DNA from: a virus
IMG/VR virus record: IMGVR_UViG_3300025151_000016
Direction: 5' to 3' (one strand)
DNA length: 64,000 nt
The notes under the pieces were generated by a model. That model was given only the letters and a program-made list of their open reading frames with translations, made no database searches and had not been told where the DNA came from. Below are positions 1 through 9,963 of this stretch, piece by piece. The position numbers were made by a program, and so were the translations under genes. The stretch's first letter is position 1, and the number at the start of each line of letters is the position of its first letter.

Positions 1-366
1 TTTGAAATTAAGTAAACCTCCTCCGATTGTTGTACCAGAAAGTGTTTCTAAATCTGAATTACTTGAAGGAGAATCTTTAACTATATTTTTCAAACCAGAT
101 GCATTCCCTTTGAGAACGACTACACCTTTTGATGCAACTTTATCTGCTTCTTCCAATCCTTCAAGATCGTCTAACTCTGTTGTAATAGATTCAAAACCAG
201 CGCCTTCATTGCCAACTGCTGTGGCAAGTTTGCTTTCCCTTAAGGCTCTATGCTGTTTTACTATTTCTTGTGCTCGAGGAGATAAACCATCAATGTTTAC
301 TCTTCGAACCACACCGTCTAGTTCTCTGTTTAATGCATCATTACTTATTTCAGGTGTCTTAGCCAT
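1..366 (-). CDS. partial hypothetical baseplate-region protein (runs off window start)
   Basis: ATG at 366-364 overlaps the TAA of gp5 (TAATG coupling); open to position 1 (MAKTPEISNDALNRELDG...). Confidence 0.7.
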   Translation of the reverse strand, partial: MAKTPEISNDALNRELDGVVRRVNIDGLSPRAQEIVKQHRALRESKLATAVGNEGAGFESITTELDDLEGLEEADKVASKGVVVLKGNASGLKNIVKDSPSSNSDLETLSGTTIGGGLLNFK

Positions 367-1343
367 TAAGAACCTCCAACCAATGCGTATGTATCAAATA
401 CATTTAATGCATTTGCGACTCTTTCATTTTCACCGGTTCTTTCCTTTACAACTCGTCCTGTTAAATCTGTAGGTGGATCTCTGTACCCACTAAAGTCAGC
501 ATCTGAAAATCCAGGTCTTTCATATTTTCTCATAAATGCAATTGCAGCATGATCTGCTCTCTTTGTAGCTTGCAGCGCGGTTTTAGCACTACTTTCGGTA
601 GTTTCAAGTTCAGTTGTAACCCAAAATAGTTGAGACTTCAAAGTGTACGGATCTAGATTTGAACGATAACATAGATCAAGGAAAGGTTGCCATCGAGGAG
701 GATGCCACTGCGCAATGCCATGAGCCTTGCCTCCATCACCTCTTCTTTGAGTGTTAATTACATCATCAGCAAAATTAGCGCATTCAACAATTAGGTTTCC
801 AATAATACCAGCTGATTGTTCTGGTGTATATCCTCCACCTATGTCAGAAAGGAACCAATTAAAAGCTTGTTCAACTTTGCTGTTACCAGCTGGTGTAGGT
901 ATGTCTCTAAGATATTCAGAAGAACCAGTTGTACCTGGTGGACCTTCTTCTTTTACATTTGCATAATTATCTTCAAACGAACCACCTCGTTGTTCGCTTT
1001 GCCGAGTTTGTGTTTCGGTTGGTGTAAGTGTATAAGGAATTGATCCAATAACAAGAGGTTGCTGTGACTGCGGACCATCTAAAAATATTCCAACAACTTG
1101 AGCACCTACGCCAATCCTTGGACCTCGACCATGTATAACACCAACTTCAGTTGTAGGAATAACAACGGAAGCCCAGGGTAAATCAGCATCTGTTATTTCT
1201 GGATGATCGTGGACTCCAACTATACGTACCTTAAGTCTGCCGAGACTTAAAGGATCACCGGTGTTACGAATAACAGTACCTATAAACCACCGCGTAGTAT
1301 CGCCGTAGAATCCAGTAGTTTGTATTGTTTTCATACCTTGCAT
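366..1343 (-). CDS. 5: baseplate hub gp5-like: N-terminal OB fold plus phage tail lysozyme domain
   Basis: WFIGTV..DPLSLGRLKVRIVGVH..LPWA..VVGIFLDG..QQPLVIG (gp5 OB fold); AGIIGNL..E, GIAQW..R, F..YERP (Phage_lysozyme2-type). Confidence 0.85.
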   Translation of the reverse strand: MQGMKTIQTTGFYGDTTRWFIGTVIRNTGDPLSLGRLKVRIVGVHDHPEITDADLPWASVVIPTTEVGVIHGRGPRIGVGAQVVGIFLDGPQSQQPLVIGSIPYTLTPTETQTRQSEQRGGSFEDNYANVKEEGPPGTTGSSEYLRDIPTPAGNSKVEQAFNWFLSDIGGGYTPEQSAGIIGNLIVECANFADDVINTQRRGDGGKAHGIAQWHPPRWQPFLDLCYRSNLDPYTLKSQLFWVTTELETTESSAKTALQATKRADHAAIAFMRKYERPGFSDADFSGYRDPPTDLTGRVVKERTGENERVANALNVFDTYALVGGS

Positions 1344-1352
1344 GTTATAATC

Positions 1353-2819
1353 CTAATATGGTCCTGATGCATCAACATTATAAGCGTAGTTGTCTTGAGT
1401 ATGTATTGTGTCTATTAGTTTTACGCCTGTTAGATGAGCCATGTATCCTTCTCGAGTAAAAGAGTGTCTAGCAGCATATATTAAATAGTCACCAGATTTT
1501 TTAGTATCTTCTTGAGTAGCGTTTTGCCCTTGAGTAGATGGTGCTAAGAATTGCAACTTATATTTATTTCCAATTGTCATATTAGCAAGCCCGGAAATAA
1601 AGTTTCTACCTGGTACAGAAAAGTTTAGTGAATAGTTAACTACCCAGTGTCTCAATCCTTTTGAATCCAATCTTTCTACAAACTCACCAACTGATCTACT
1701 TTCTCCTATGGAATATATGTTTGCATCATATAAGTCTGATGAATATATATTTGAAACAAGATGAGATGAATTACGCTGGTGGATTTGTACTTCTTGAGCA
1801 TCTCCACCCTTTTCTTTTAAAGCAGCATTAATAGGATATGCATCTTGTAGATTAATAGGTTTTTCTCCTAAAGCTCTTCCAATCTGAGCTCTTGTTTCAA
1901 ACATATCATAGGCTGTCCAACGGTTCTTGTCTTTATTGTTTCCAGATTGTCTATGACCTGGATATATTACTTTGTTTCTCGTAACATCATGAAATGCAAA
2001 TTGGCTATTTAAAAAACCATTTGAATTAATCTTTAAAAGTTCATCGTTACTGGGGTTACTATATTTTTCAATGTTATACGCATCTCTATCTATCGATGGA
2101 TTTTCTGCATTTGTAAAAGCTTGAGAATATTTGTATGGTGAGGTTCTTGCGTTTACTGGTTCTCCTGATAACATTTTAGATAAAGGCAAAAGGTGAAGTT
2201 TATCATTAGTAAGAGTAGAAAAGAAATAAAAAGGAGAAGCGTCTTCGGTAGTAATTCTATCCTTTATCCAATCTGCCGCTTTAAGTGGTCTCATGTCTGG
2301 AATAACTACACCAAACTGGCCTTGTGCATCTTGACTTGTTTCATATTCAGGACCAGCATCTCTTGGTTGAGAAAGCTCTTTCCCTAAAAATTCTTTAACA
2401 ATTGTTGAAATTATTTCATAACCCTTACCAAAGTAAGACTTATTAACGTTTTGCATTTCAGAAAGATAACCGATGTCTTCAAGGAGATGAATAGTAATAA
2501 CGCTTTGGCTATCATTTGTTCGAATACTCTTTACCACTTTTGATATGAAAAAGCTTTTTTCTATTGATAAAGCTGCACTTTCTGGAAGTTTCACTCTTAA
2601 ATCAAACTTTTCAACACCGTAAAAGTTTATTCGTTCATCTAAACTTTCTGGATCTAAGAAAGTAGCTACTCCTGTAATGTATGGCTTATCTAAATGCTCA
2701 TATACATCGATGTCAGTAATAACATCGGTAATAACAAATTCTTCTCCATTAGAAGCCGTTATCACTGCTTCTTCAAATACAATATCCGTTGCGGATGTTG
2801 ACTGGACTTTTTTTTCCAT
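1353..2819 (-). CDS. baseplate hub subunit (gp27-like)
   Basis: Lies between gp53 and gp5; IDVYEHLDKPYITG N-terminus and SGDYLIYAARHSF C-terminus typical of hub proteins. Confidence 0.65.
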   Translation of the reverse strand: MEKKVQSTSATDIVFEEAVITASNGEEFVITDVITDIDVYEHLDKPYITGVATFLDPESLDERINFYGVEKFDLRVKLPESAALSIEKSFFISKVVKSIRTNDSQSVITIHLLEDIGYLSEMQNVNKSYFGKGYEIISTIVKEFLGKELSQPRDAGPEYETSQDAQGQFGVVIPDMRPLKAADWIKDRITTEDASPFYFFSTLTNDKLHLLPLSKMLSGEPVNARTSPYKYSQAFTNAENPSIDRDAYNIEKYSNPSNDELLKINSNGFLNSQFAFHDVTRNKVIYPGHRQSGNNKDKNRWTAYDMFETRAQIGRALGEKPINLQDAYPINAALKEKGGDAQEVQIHQRNSSHLVSNIYSSDLYDANIYSIGESRSVGEFVERLDSKGLRHWVVNYSLNFSVPGRNFISGLANMTIGNKYKLQFLAPSTQGQNATQEDTKKSGDYLIYAARHSFTREGYMAHLTGVKLIDTIHTQDNYAYNVDASGPY

Positions 2820-2820
2820 A

Positions 2821-3543
2821 TTATGATCTCAATGCTTGATTGAATGCATTTACCACATCGCTTAAAGCTCTCGGTTTAATTACTTTAATAGATCTTAATG
2901 CATCGTTTGATGCTATGTGTCTATCTAAATGAGTTATTTCTGCAAGAGATGACGCATTACCTACAGCCGGATCAATGTCTACATACTGACCCGATGAATT
3001 CTCATAATGATGAACAGCATTATATTCTCGTGATGCTGCTGAAAGAGTTACCGATTGAACTGTATCGCCGACAGTTGACGTAATTACTTCGGTTGATGTA
3101 AATGTATGCGCACCTTCAACAATGATTTGCCCAAACTCAAGTCTGCGTTTTATAATAGTACCAGTTGCACCAGACGATGAACCGGATACTGTTTGTCCTG
3201 GTAAAAATATTCCAGTTAGAACATTAGTGGTTGTAAGAGTAGTATTCGGAAAATGTTCTTGCGCCATTTCTTCAATCTTTATATTTCCTAGTGGCCAACC
3301 CTGATCTTTCAAAGTATCGTTTAGAAGATAAAAAGTCCAATGGTAGTGAGGTGATCCGTATAACTTAAATGATACGGTGTCTGGTCTATCGCCATCTAAA
3401 ACGTTATAAAACTGGTAAAAGTTAACGTCATCTTTTATCTGATCAATAATATCTACATATGCAGAAATATCTTGGAAAGCAGTTGCACTTTCTTCATTAC
3501 CAAACTTATATGTTACATTAGGAAAGTTATAAAAGTATGCCAT
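2821..3543 (-). CDS. 53: baseplate wedge subunit gp53
   Basis: YFYNFP..Y; GDRPDTVSFKLYGSPHYHWTFYLLN; WPL; VHHYE; R.IKVIKP. Confidence 0.9.
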   Translation of the reverse strand: MAYFYNFPNVTYKFGNEESATAFQDISAYVDIIDQIKDDVNFYQFYNVLDGDRPDTVSFKLYGSPHYHWTFYLLNDTLKDQGWPLGNIKIEEMAQEHFPNTTLTTTNVLTGIFLPGQTVSGSSSGATGTIIKRRLEFGQIIVEGAHTFTSTEVITSTVGDTVQSVTLSAASREYNAVHHYENSSGQYVDIDPAVGNASSLAEITHLDRHIASNDALRSIKVIKPRALSDVVNAFNQALRS

Positions 3544-4457
3544 TAGAAACCCTCCACAATATCTTGTTTATTAAGCGTTCTTTCTTCTACGAATGCAAGT
3601 GTAATATCTACCTCTGAAGGTTTACCATCAACATGGAAACCCATATTCCCAGGGTTATATGTCGTACTTATATCTTTAAGATAAACAGGTTTAATTTTTG
3701 TTGCCACTTGTTGATTATTATATGACATTTCAATATCAAATAAGTTAGGAAAGTTATATCCAATAATTTCAGTACCGCCACCAGTTACTGAAGGATAAAG
3801 TTCAGTTCTAAAGAACTTAATAATTTTATCAATCTCTTCTGCTTCATCTGCGGAATTTGCAATCATTTTAAATTGAAACGCAAAGTTACGAATACCTACG
3901 GCTGTAAACAACGTACGTTTATTTGGATTAATTGTAGTTCTTAATGTAGACTGCGCCACCTGTCCACCAGTTTCCCCAGCGAATCTTCGAGCAACTCTTG
4001 TCGCAGCCAGTCGTGCAGCTTCTTGATCGAGGCCTGTATTTCCAAGCATCAAATCATTAAAAGTTGATAAACTTTGACGACCAGCAGCTGCTATTGTTTG
4101 TCCAATATTGTCTCCTTGATTAATACTAGCTTCAGCTGTACCACCTATAACACCGAGTGATGCGTCTGTGTATTCAGCATTGTCTCTAAATGAAATTGCT
4201 TGTGGCAAATATAAAGACACTCTCTGTCCTGAATAGTTTCTTTTATTTGATTGTACACCGTACTTATAGTTATGTCTATCTCCAATTTCAACACCATCGT
4301 TTTGATTGGGATTTTCTGCATTAAACTCTTCAATAGTACTATTAACTAGCTTTTTAAAACCTACAAGGCTAACTTCAGGAACAGGTGGAGCAAAAGCACG
4401 AAATGTAATTCGTCCTTGATAATCTCGTTGATCGTCTTTTGGGAATCTTAGTGCCAT
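3543..4457 (-). CDS. 48: baseplate tail tube cap gp48
   Basis: LRFP start; LYLP; NP...F.....R.FAFQFKM....EAEEI.KII.FFR; start moved to MALRFP, downstream of the late promoter at 4493-4500. Confidence 0.85.
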   Translation of the reverse strand: MALRFPKDDQRDYQGRITFRAFAPPVPEVSLVGFKKLVNSTIEEFNAENPNQNDGVEIGDRHNYKYGVQSNKRNYSGQRVSLYLPQAISFRDNAEYTDASLGVIGGTAEASINQGDNIGQTIAAAGRQSLSTFNDLMLGNTGLDQEAARLAATRVARRFAGETGGQVAQSTLRTTINPNKRTLFTAVGIRNFAFQFKMIANSADEAEEIDKIIKFFRTELYPSVTGGGTEIIGYNFPNLFDIEMSYNNQQVATKIKPVYLKDISTTYNPGNMGFHVDGKPSEVDITLAFVEERTLNKQDIVEGF

Positions 4458-4492
4458 ATTGTACCTAATAAATAGTATGAAATCTTTAACAT

Positions 4493-4500
4493 TATTTATA
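4493..4500 (-). promoter_or_regulatory. T4-type late promoter TATAAATA (gp48 operon)
   Basis: Exact gp55 consensus on minus strand upstream of gp48. Confidence 0.8.
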
Positions 4501-4510
4501 AGGAAACTCG

Positions 4511-4999
4511 GTGGCTTATTCTGGTCGTTATAAAGTAAAAAATCGCAAGAAGTATAATGGTAATCCAGACAGTGTAGTTTTTCGATCAATGTGGGAAAGA
4601 CACTGCTTCAAGTGGTGTGATGAGAACTCAGAAATAAAAGCGTGGTCCAGCGAAGAGGTTGTGATACCATATTTCTATGAAGTGGATAAAAAGTATCATA
4701 GGTACTTTATGGATTTAAAGATTACATTTAAAACAGGTAAAACTATTCTTGTTGAAATCAAACCAGAAAAAGAAACACAACCACCAAAAAGACCTGACAA
4801 GTCAAAGCGTTATATTAGTGAGGCAATGACTTATGTTAAGAATAGAAATAAATGGGAAGCGGCAAGTAAATATGCAAAAGATAATAACTGGGGATTCCAG
4901 ATCTGGACTGAAAAGACTCTTACAAAGATGGGAATCATGCCAAAACAAATAAAGCCATTGAAGCCACTTAAGCCTTACCGAAAGAAAAAGAAACAATGA
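4511..4999 (+). CDS. 4: head completion nuclease gp4
   Basis: YSGRY...N..KY.G; RSMWER; WSSEE..IPY; HRYFMD; EIKP; N..KWEAA. Confidence 0.92.
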   Translation: MAYSGRYKVKNRKKYNGNPDSVVFRSMWERHCFKWCDENSEIKAWSSEEVVIPYFYEVDKKYHRYFMDLKITFKTGKTILVEIKPEKETQPPKRPDKSKRYISEAMTYVKNRNKWEAASKYAKDNNWGFQIWTEKTLTKMGIMPKQIKPLKPLKPYRKKKKQ

Positions 5000-5008
5000 T
5001 AAATCGGG

Positions 5009-5016
5009 TATAAATA
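5009..5016 (+). promoter_or_regulatory. T4-type late promoter TATAAATA (gp2 operon; near-leaderless)
   Basis: Exact consensus 5 nt before the gp2 ATG. Confidence 0.8.
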
Positions 5017-5021
5017 CTGGT

Positions 5022-5606
5022 ATGAGTAACTTATTCCAAACATTAGAATTCGAAGCTTTTAGAGCTGGAATTACGCCAAGAACACAGGAATCTCGAGATT
5101 GGTTTCGTAAGAAAGCCCAAACAATGAGGCGTGTCAATCGTAATCAGTTAATGAAAGAAGATCCAATTGAACTATCGAATCGTCAAGTCGTTGGTTCAAT
5201 GTATATGTTTTTCTATGATCCTAAGCTTAAGAAAGAACTTCCATACTATGATTCATTCCCGTTGGTGATTGTAATAGGACCAGCCGAAGGTGGATTCCTC
5301 GGCATGAATTTGCACTATCTACCTCCAATATTAAGAGCAAAGTTTTTGGATAGCTTGCTTGATGTTGCGAGTAATAATAAGTATGATGATACGACTAGGT
5401 TTAGAGTTTCATATTCAATATTAAAAAAAGCAGCAAAGTTTAAATACTTCAAGCCATGTGTTAAACATTACCTTTCAAACAATGTTAAAAGTAGGCTTGC
5501 CCGTGTACCCGCGCCTGAGTGGGAGATCGCTACATTCTTACCAACAGCAGATTTTCAAAAATCAGGTAAATCTTCTGTATATAGAGATTCAAGGAAAATG
5601 ATCTGA
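5022..5606 (+). CDS. 2: DNA end protector protein gp2
   Basis: MYMFFYDPK.K..LPYYD.FPLV; GMNLHYLPP..R; PCVKHYL; FLPTADF. Confidence 0.92.
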   Translation: MSNLFQTLEFEAFRAGITPRTQESRDWFRKKAQTMRRVNRNQLMKEDPIELSNRQVVGSMYMFFYDPKLKKELPYYDSFPLVIVIGPAEGGFLGMNLHYLPPILRAKFLDSLLDVASNNKYDDTTRFRVSYSILKKAAKFKYFKPCVKHYLSNNVKSRLARVPAPEWEIATFLPTADFQKSGKSSVYRDSRKMI

Positions 5607-6316
5607 TGTCAATTAACATAGAACAATTCAAAGGTGAAATATCTGCAAAGAATGGACCAGCAAGATCCAATCTTTTTATGATTGAACTACCAGCTTTTCC
5701 AGGAGCCACGACTCGAGCAGTTAACTTACTATGTAGAGATGTAAACTTGCCAGGAAGACAGGTAGCTACATATGATAAAGAGATCGGAACAAAGAGAGAA
5801 AAAGTTGCTTACGGCGCGGTTAGCGATGATGTAAGCTTATCTTTTCTTTTATTGAATGATTATGGGATAAAAGAATACTTTGAAAAGTGGCAACAAGCTG
5901 CATATAATCCGCACACATATCAAATCGGATATAAAAATGATTACGTTCGTAATGTTAGAATACACCAACTTAAAAAGGGAGTGGGCTTACCGGTTTACTC
6001 AACGCCTCTAGGAATACCTAGATTGCCAGAAATCATACAGCAACGGTTACCTCGAATAGGACCATTTGATTTTGCTCAAGGTGAGTTCAATCTGGATTTC
6101 TTGCTTGGTGACAATAAAATTTATTCATGTCAACTCGAAAAAGCTTTCCCTGTAACTATGGAAGCAATACCACTTAACAACGAATTAGACGGATTAGTAG
6201 AACTTAGAATTCAACTAGCATACACAAGATGGACTTCAAACTTTACTGATCAAAACCCACTTGAAAACTTTGTACAAACTGCAATAGGAACAGTACTGAC
6301 ACGAATTTTTAACTAA
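5606..6316 (+). CDS. tail tube-like / baseplate tail tube initiator (gp54/gp19 family)
   Basis: ARSNLF; LLC..VNLPG; F....DY.IKEYFEKW; AFP..M; follows gp2. Confidence 0.75.
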   Translation: MSINIEQFKGEISAKNGPARSNLFMIELPAFPGATTRAVNLLCRDVNLPGRQVATYDKEIGTKREKVAYGAVSDDVSLSFLLLNDYGIKEYFEKWQQAAYNPHTYQIGYKNDYVRNVRIHQLKKGVGLPVYSTPLGIPRLPEIIQQRLPRIGPFDFAQGEFNLDFLLGDNKIYSCQLEKAFPVTMEAIPLNNELDGLVELRIQLAYTRWTSNFTDQNPLENFVQTAIGTVLTRIFN

Positions 6317-6330
6317 AGGATGATATAGTT

Positions 6331-7044
6331 ATGGCACTACCTAAGATTAATGATACGCCAAATTATGAGATGACGATTCCATCTACTGGAAAAGGTGTTT
6401 CATTTAGACCGTTCTTAACAAAAGAACAAAAAATATTATTGATTGCACTTGAAACACAAGATCAAAGAAAGATACTTTCAGCGATTACTGACACGATTAA
6501 AGCATGTGCACCTGATATTGATGTAAATAGATTGACTACGTTTGATGTTGAATACGCATTCACACAGATGAGAGCGAAATCAGTTGGAGAGAAATCACAT
6601 GTTGGTTTGAAATGTAAAGAGTGTGAACACCAAAACGAAGTAACAATTGATCTGGAAGAAATAAAAGTAGATATTCCAGATAAAAAGAATATGATGATTG
6701 AGTTAAATGATACTTGGACTTTGAAGATGAAATATCCGAATTACGTTTCGGTATTAAATAACGATGCTATGATTAACAGTGACTCGCCAACTAATACAAT
6801 TATGAATATGATTGCTAGTTGCTTGGATTCATTAATGAGTGAAGAAGACAATATCAAGTTTGCTGATGAAAGCAAAAAGACGGTGAATGACTTTATTGAT
6901 AATCTAAACGCTGAACAGTTTGAAAAGATTATGAATTTTGTTCAAGATATGCCACAGTTAAAACACGAAGTTAAATATGTTTGTGAAAAGTGCGAGACTG
7001 AAAATAATTTTACATTACAAGGAATGAATGATTTTTTCGCGTAA
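6331..7044 (+). CDS. 26: baseplate hub assembly protein gp26 (tail chaperone-like)
   Basis: MALPKI.TP.Y...IPSTG....FRPFL.KEQKILL; R.KSVGE; two CxxC; G..DFF end. Confidence 0.88.
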   Translation: MALPKINDTPNYEMTIPSTGKGVSFRPFLTKEQKILLIALETQDQRKILSAITDTIKACAPDIDVNRLTTFDVEYAFTQMRAKSVGEKSHVGLKCKECEHQNEVTIDLEEIKVDIPDKKNMMIELNDTWTLKMKYPNYVSVLNNDAMINSDSPTNTIMNMIASCLDSLMSEEDNIKFADESKKTVNDFIDNLNAEQFEKIMNFVQDMPQLKHEVKYVCEKCETENNFTLQGMNDFFA

Positions 7045-7226
7045 ACCTCTCACATGATTCGTTAGTGAATTACTATCAAGTGAATTTTAGATTGATGTAC
7101 TCATTTAAATTATCACTAACGGAACTTGAAAATATGATGCCTTGGGAGAGGGAGGTGTACCTTACATTATTAACACAAGAACTAGAACAAGAAAGACAAG
7201 CTGCTCAACAGCAACAATTTCGCTAA
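7032..7226 (+). CDS. 51: gp51-like ORF in the -1 frame of gp26, probably translated by frameshift
   Basis: Not in ORF track; LSHDSLVNYYQVNFRLMYSFKLSLTELENMMPWEREVYLTLL..E; frame opens at the slippery T TTT TTC. Confidence 0.8.
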   Translation, partial: FFRVNLSHDSLVNYYQVNFRLMYSFKLSLTELENMMPWEREVYLTLLTQELEQERQAAQQQQFR

Positions 7227-7238
7227 GGATAAAGAAAA

Positions 7239-8969
7239 ATGGCTTCATTAGACGCAGTCGTAGATCAGTTAAAGATACAGAATAAAATAACACTAGATCT
7301 AAGGAAATCTCTTGCAGGAAAATCTTCGGCTGATAGTCTTCAGGCGCTAGAAGATAAAAGTGAAGTATTGCCTGGCTCTGCTGCAATGCAAAACTTTGAG
7401 GCTGGACAAAAAGTAGGAGAGAAATTTGATCTAGGATTTTTAATGAATCCTATGATATTACTTAAACCTTTATTAGTGGCAGCTGCAGGTGTTGCAGCGG
7501 CATTCGCCGGCCTTAGAGGTTGGGAAGTAAAAGTTCTTAAAAATATTGATACGATAGGTGATGTTCTTAAAACAGCGTTTACTCCAATTACAAATATTGC
7601 TAATAAACTTACAACAAGTTTTACTAGTTTTGTTGATGATTTAACTCGTGGAACATTGGCTCGGTTTGGCATTGATCCAGAGACTGGTAAAATGGCAAGG
7701 GGCGCAAAAGGCCAATTTACTGGTAAAGAAGTAAAGACCACAGCGCAAATGATACAAGAATCAATGCAGGCTTTAAAGACTAGAGCATTTGGTTTCTTTG
7801 GTCTAGGTCCAGCTGGTGGATTAGCAGATGATGCTTTAAAAGCAGCTGACGGCACACCTTCAGCTATATCAAGAGTGACTGCAGCGTTTGGTAAGATTAT
7901 GACTCCATTTAGAGCGATATACAGCGGAGTTGAAAATTTTATAACTGGACCCGGTGCAAAACTTTTTGGATTTCTTGATGGTGTCTTAGGTATCACTAAG
8001 ATCGGTAGTGCGGCAGGCGGATTAGTAAAAGTTCTTGGTAAAGTTCTTTGGCCTATTGGTATTATAATGTCATTGTTTGACGGTGTAGAAGCATGGAGGA
8101 GCGAAAATGGATCACAATACGACAAAATCACTGCTGGTATTGCTGCGACTGTTGGTGATTTTATTGGTGCTCCTTTGGATCTTTTAAAAGGATTACTAAG
8201 TTGGGTTCTTAGTAAGTTTGGGTTTGATGAAACTGCTAAGGCAATTCAAGACTTTAGCTTTGAAGAAAAGATTACCAACTTAATAAATGGCATCTTTGAT
8301 TTTCCAGCAAAAGCAATAGAATGGGTTAAAACACTGTTTACTGATCCATCTGCAGCGTTAGGTGAGTTATGGACAAAACTAGTTGGTGAAGGTGGAATAA
8401 TCGATATCTTATTTGCTCCAGCACGACTTGCAATTGATTGGATTACCAAGACACTTGGATTTAGAGAAGAAGATGCTCCAACATTCTCATTTGGTGCATT
8501 AATCCAAGAAGGTATTGATGGGGTAGTTGGAATGTTTAGAAAAGCGTTTGCTGCTCTTCCATCTTTTCAAGATATAAAAAATGCTATTGTTAACGCACTT
8601 CCAGCCTTCATGGTTCCAGATAGTTTTAAATCTGATGAGATGCGTATTCAAGAAAGAAAAGATGAAATAGATGAGCATAGAGCTCAAATTGCTGAAGGTG
8701 ATAACCGCTTTGGCCCTGGCAATTTATACTCAAGGGAAAAACGTATAGCTGCTTTACAAGCAGAAATACAAGATTTACAACCTGTGTTACAAGTTGGCGG
8801 TGGACTTACTGCTGATGAGATTGCTGCTGGTGTAAGAGAAAGACGAGCGCAAGTTGTTAATGTATACAATAATATGAATGCAACTGGCGGAGGCGGAAAT
8901 GGCGGAGGAACCGCAATGATTCTCCCCGCCACACCAACACTGGATCTTATGGATCCAGTTGCTCAGTAG
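7239..8969 (+). CDS. tape measure / baseplate hub gp29-like protein
   Basis: Ala/Gly-rich amphipathic helical protein directly after gp26/gp51. Confidence 0.65.
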   Translation: MASLDAVVDQLKIQNKITLDLRKSLAGKSSADSLQALEDKSEVLPGSAAMQNFEAGQKVGEKFDLGFLMNPMILLKPLLVAAAGVAAAFAGLRGWEVKVLKNIDTIGDVLKTAFTPITNIANKLTTSFTSFVDDLTRGTLARFGIDPETGKMARGAKGQFTGKEVKTTAQMIQESMQALKTRAFGFFGLGPAGGLADDALKAADGTPSAISRVTAAFGKIMTPFRAIYSGVENFITGPGAKLFGFLDGVLGITKIGSAAGGLVKVLGKVLWPIGIIMSLFDGVEAWRSENGSQYDKITAGIAATVGDFIGAPLDLLKGLLSWVLSKFGFDETAKAIQDFSFEEKITNLINGIFDFPAKAIEWVKTLFTDPSAALGELWTKLVGEGGIIDILFAPARLAIDWITKTLGFREEDAPTFSFGALIQEGIDGVVGMFRKAFAALPSFQDIKNAIVNALPAFMVPDSFKSDEMRIQERKDEIDEHRAQIAEGDNRFGPGNLYSREKRIAALQAEIQDLQPVLQVGGGLTADEIAAGVRERRAQVVNVYNNMNATGGGGNGGGTAMILPATPTLDLMDPVAQ

Positions 8970-8973
8970 TTAA

Positions 8974-9891
8974 TTAATCTTCGTTAGCTAATCGAGCAAA
9001 GTAGCTCATGGTATCTTCTTCATCAGTAGAAGATGCTGTTTCCATTACAGCCTCAGCTGTAGGCATAGCTGCTGGAGCTTCTGCCTTCTTTGGAAACTCA
9101 GGGATCTCATCATCTAATACGATTTCTTCTTTTACAGTACGAGGTGCTTGTTCACCTAACACTTGAGCTAACTTAACTTTGAGTTCATCATAAGACTTAT
9201 AGTTCTTAGGATCAGAGAACTCGGATAGATCATATGCTTTGTTGTATACTGTTTCAAGCTTTTCTTCATCACCGTCATATAGAGGGCTAGGACCACGGAA
9301 CTCTGATTTATCATAGTTACGATAACCTTCAACCTGGCGAATCTTTAGTACAAAGTCTGCACCTTCCCAAAAGTTAAAAGGATCAACTGGTTTCTCATCT
9401 GGAAACTCGGGTTGTAGTTGGTCCATGATTTTATCAAAGATCTTTTTACCGAACTGATACATCATTACTTTACCTTCATTGTCAGGAGCAGAAGGATCAG
9501 ATACAACTAAGACATTGGCTACATAATGTAGACGGCGCTTACGTTGTCTTACTGTTTCCTTATCAGACTCGACACCTGAGTTCCAAAGGCGTGTATTCAT
9601 TTCAGATACTGGATCTTGTTGACCAATAGATGTAAGTGATCTTTCAATGTACCACTGACCTGTTGGTCCTTTGAAACCATGATCCCAATACCGAACCCAA
9701 GGTAACTCATTACCTTCAGTTGCTGGAAGGAACCTTAGGATAGCATAGCCATTGCCGGCTTTATCCACTGTTGGTTTCCAAATACGATCATCGCCGTATT
9801 TCTTTTTCTGTTGTTCTCCACCTGCAGATTGTGCTGCTGCGACTAGTTTCGAAAAGTCGGTACGTGTACGTTTTAAATTTGCAAAAGACAT
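8974..9891 (-). CDS. 32: single-stranded DNA-binding protein gp32
   Basis: DDRIWKP..DKAGNGYAILRFLP; H.FKGPTGQWYIE; FGKKIFDKI; YRNYDKSEF; acidic C-terminus. Confidence 0.97.
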   Translation of the reverse strand: MSFANLKRTRTDFSKLVAAAQSAGGEQQKKKYGDDRIWKPTVDKAGNGYAILRFLPATEGNELPWVRYWDHGFKGPTGQWYIERSLTSIGQQDPVSEMNTRLWNSGVESDKETVRQRKRRLHYVANVLVVSDPSAPDNEGKVMMYQFGKKIFDKIMDQLQPEFPDEKPVDPFNFWEGADFVLKIRQVEGYRNYDKSEFRGPSPLYDGDEEKLETVYNKAYDLSEFSDPKNYKSYDELKVKLAQVLGEQAPRTVKEEIVLDDEIPEFPKKAEAPAAMPTAEAVMETASSTDEEDTMSYFARLANED

Positions 9892-9963
9892 TTATATTCT
9901 CCATATGTTTTTATATTTGCTGAATTATCCACATTATTCATGATATGATTATTATATACTAGT

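Noticed and set aside
4458-4589. 44-aa N-terminal extension of gp48
   Set aside because: Overlaps gp4 and the late promoter on which gp48 depends.
7340-8131. 263-aa antisense ORF (also 2-472, 39592-40395, 54203-54673 and similar)
   Set aside because: Shadow frames of real genes on the opposite strand; no SD or recognisable motifs.
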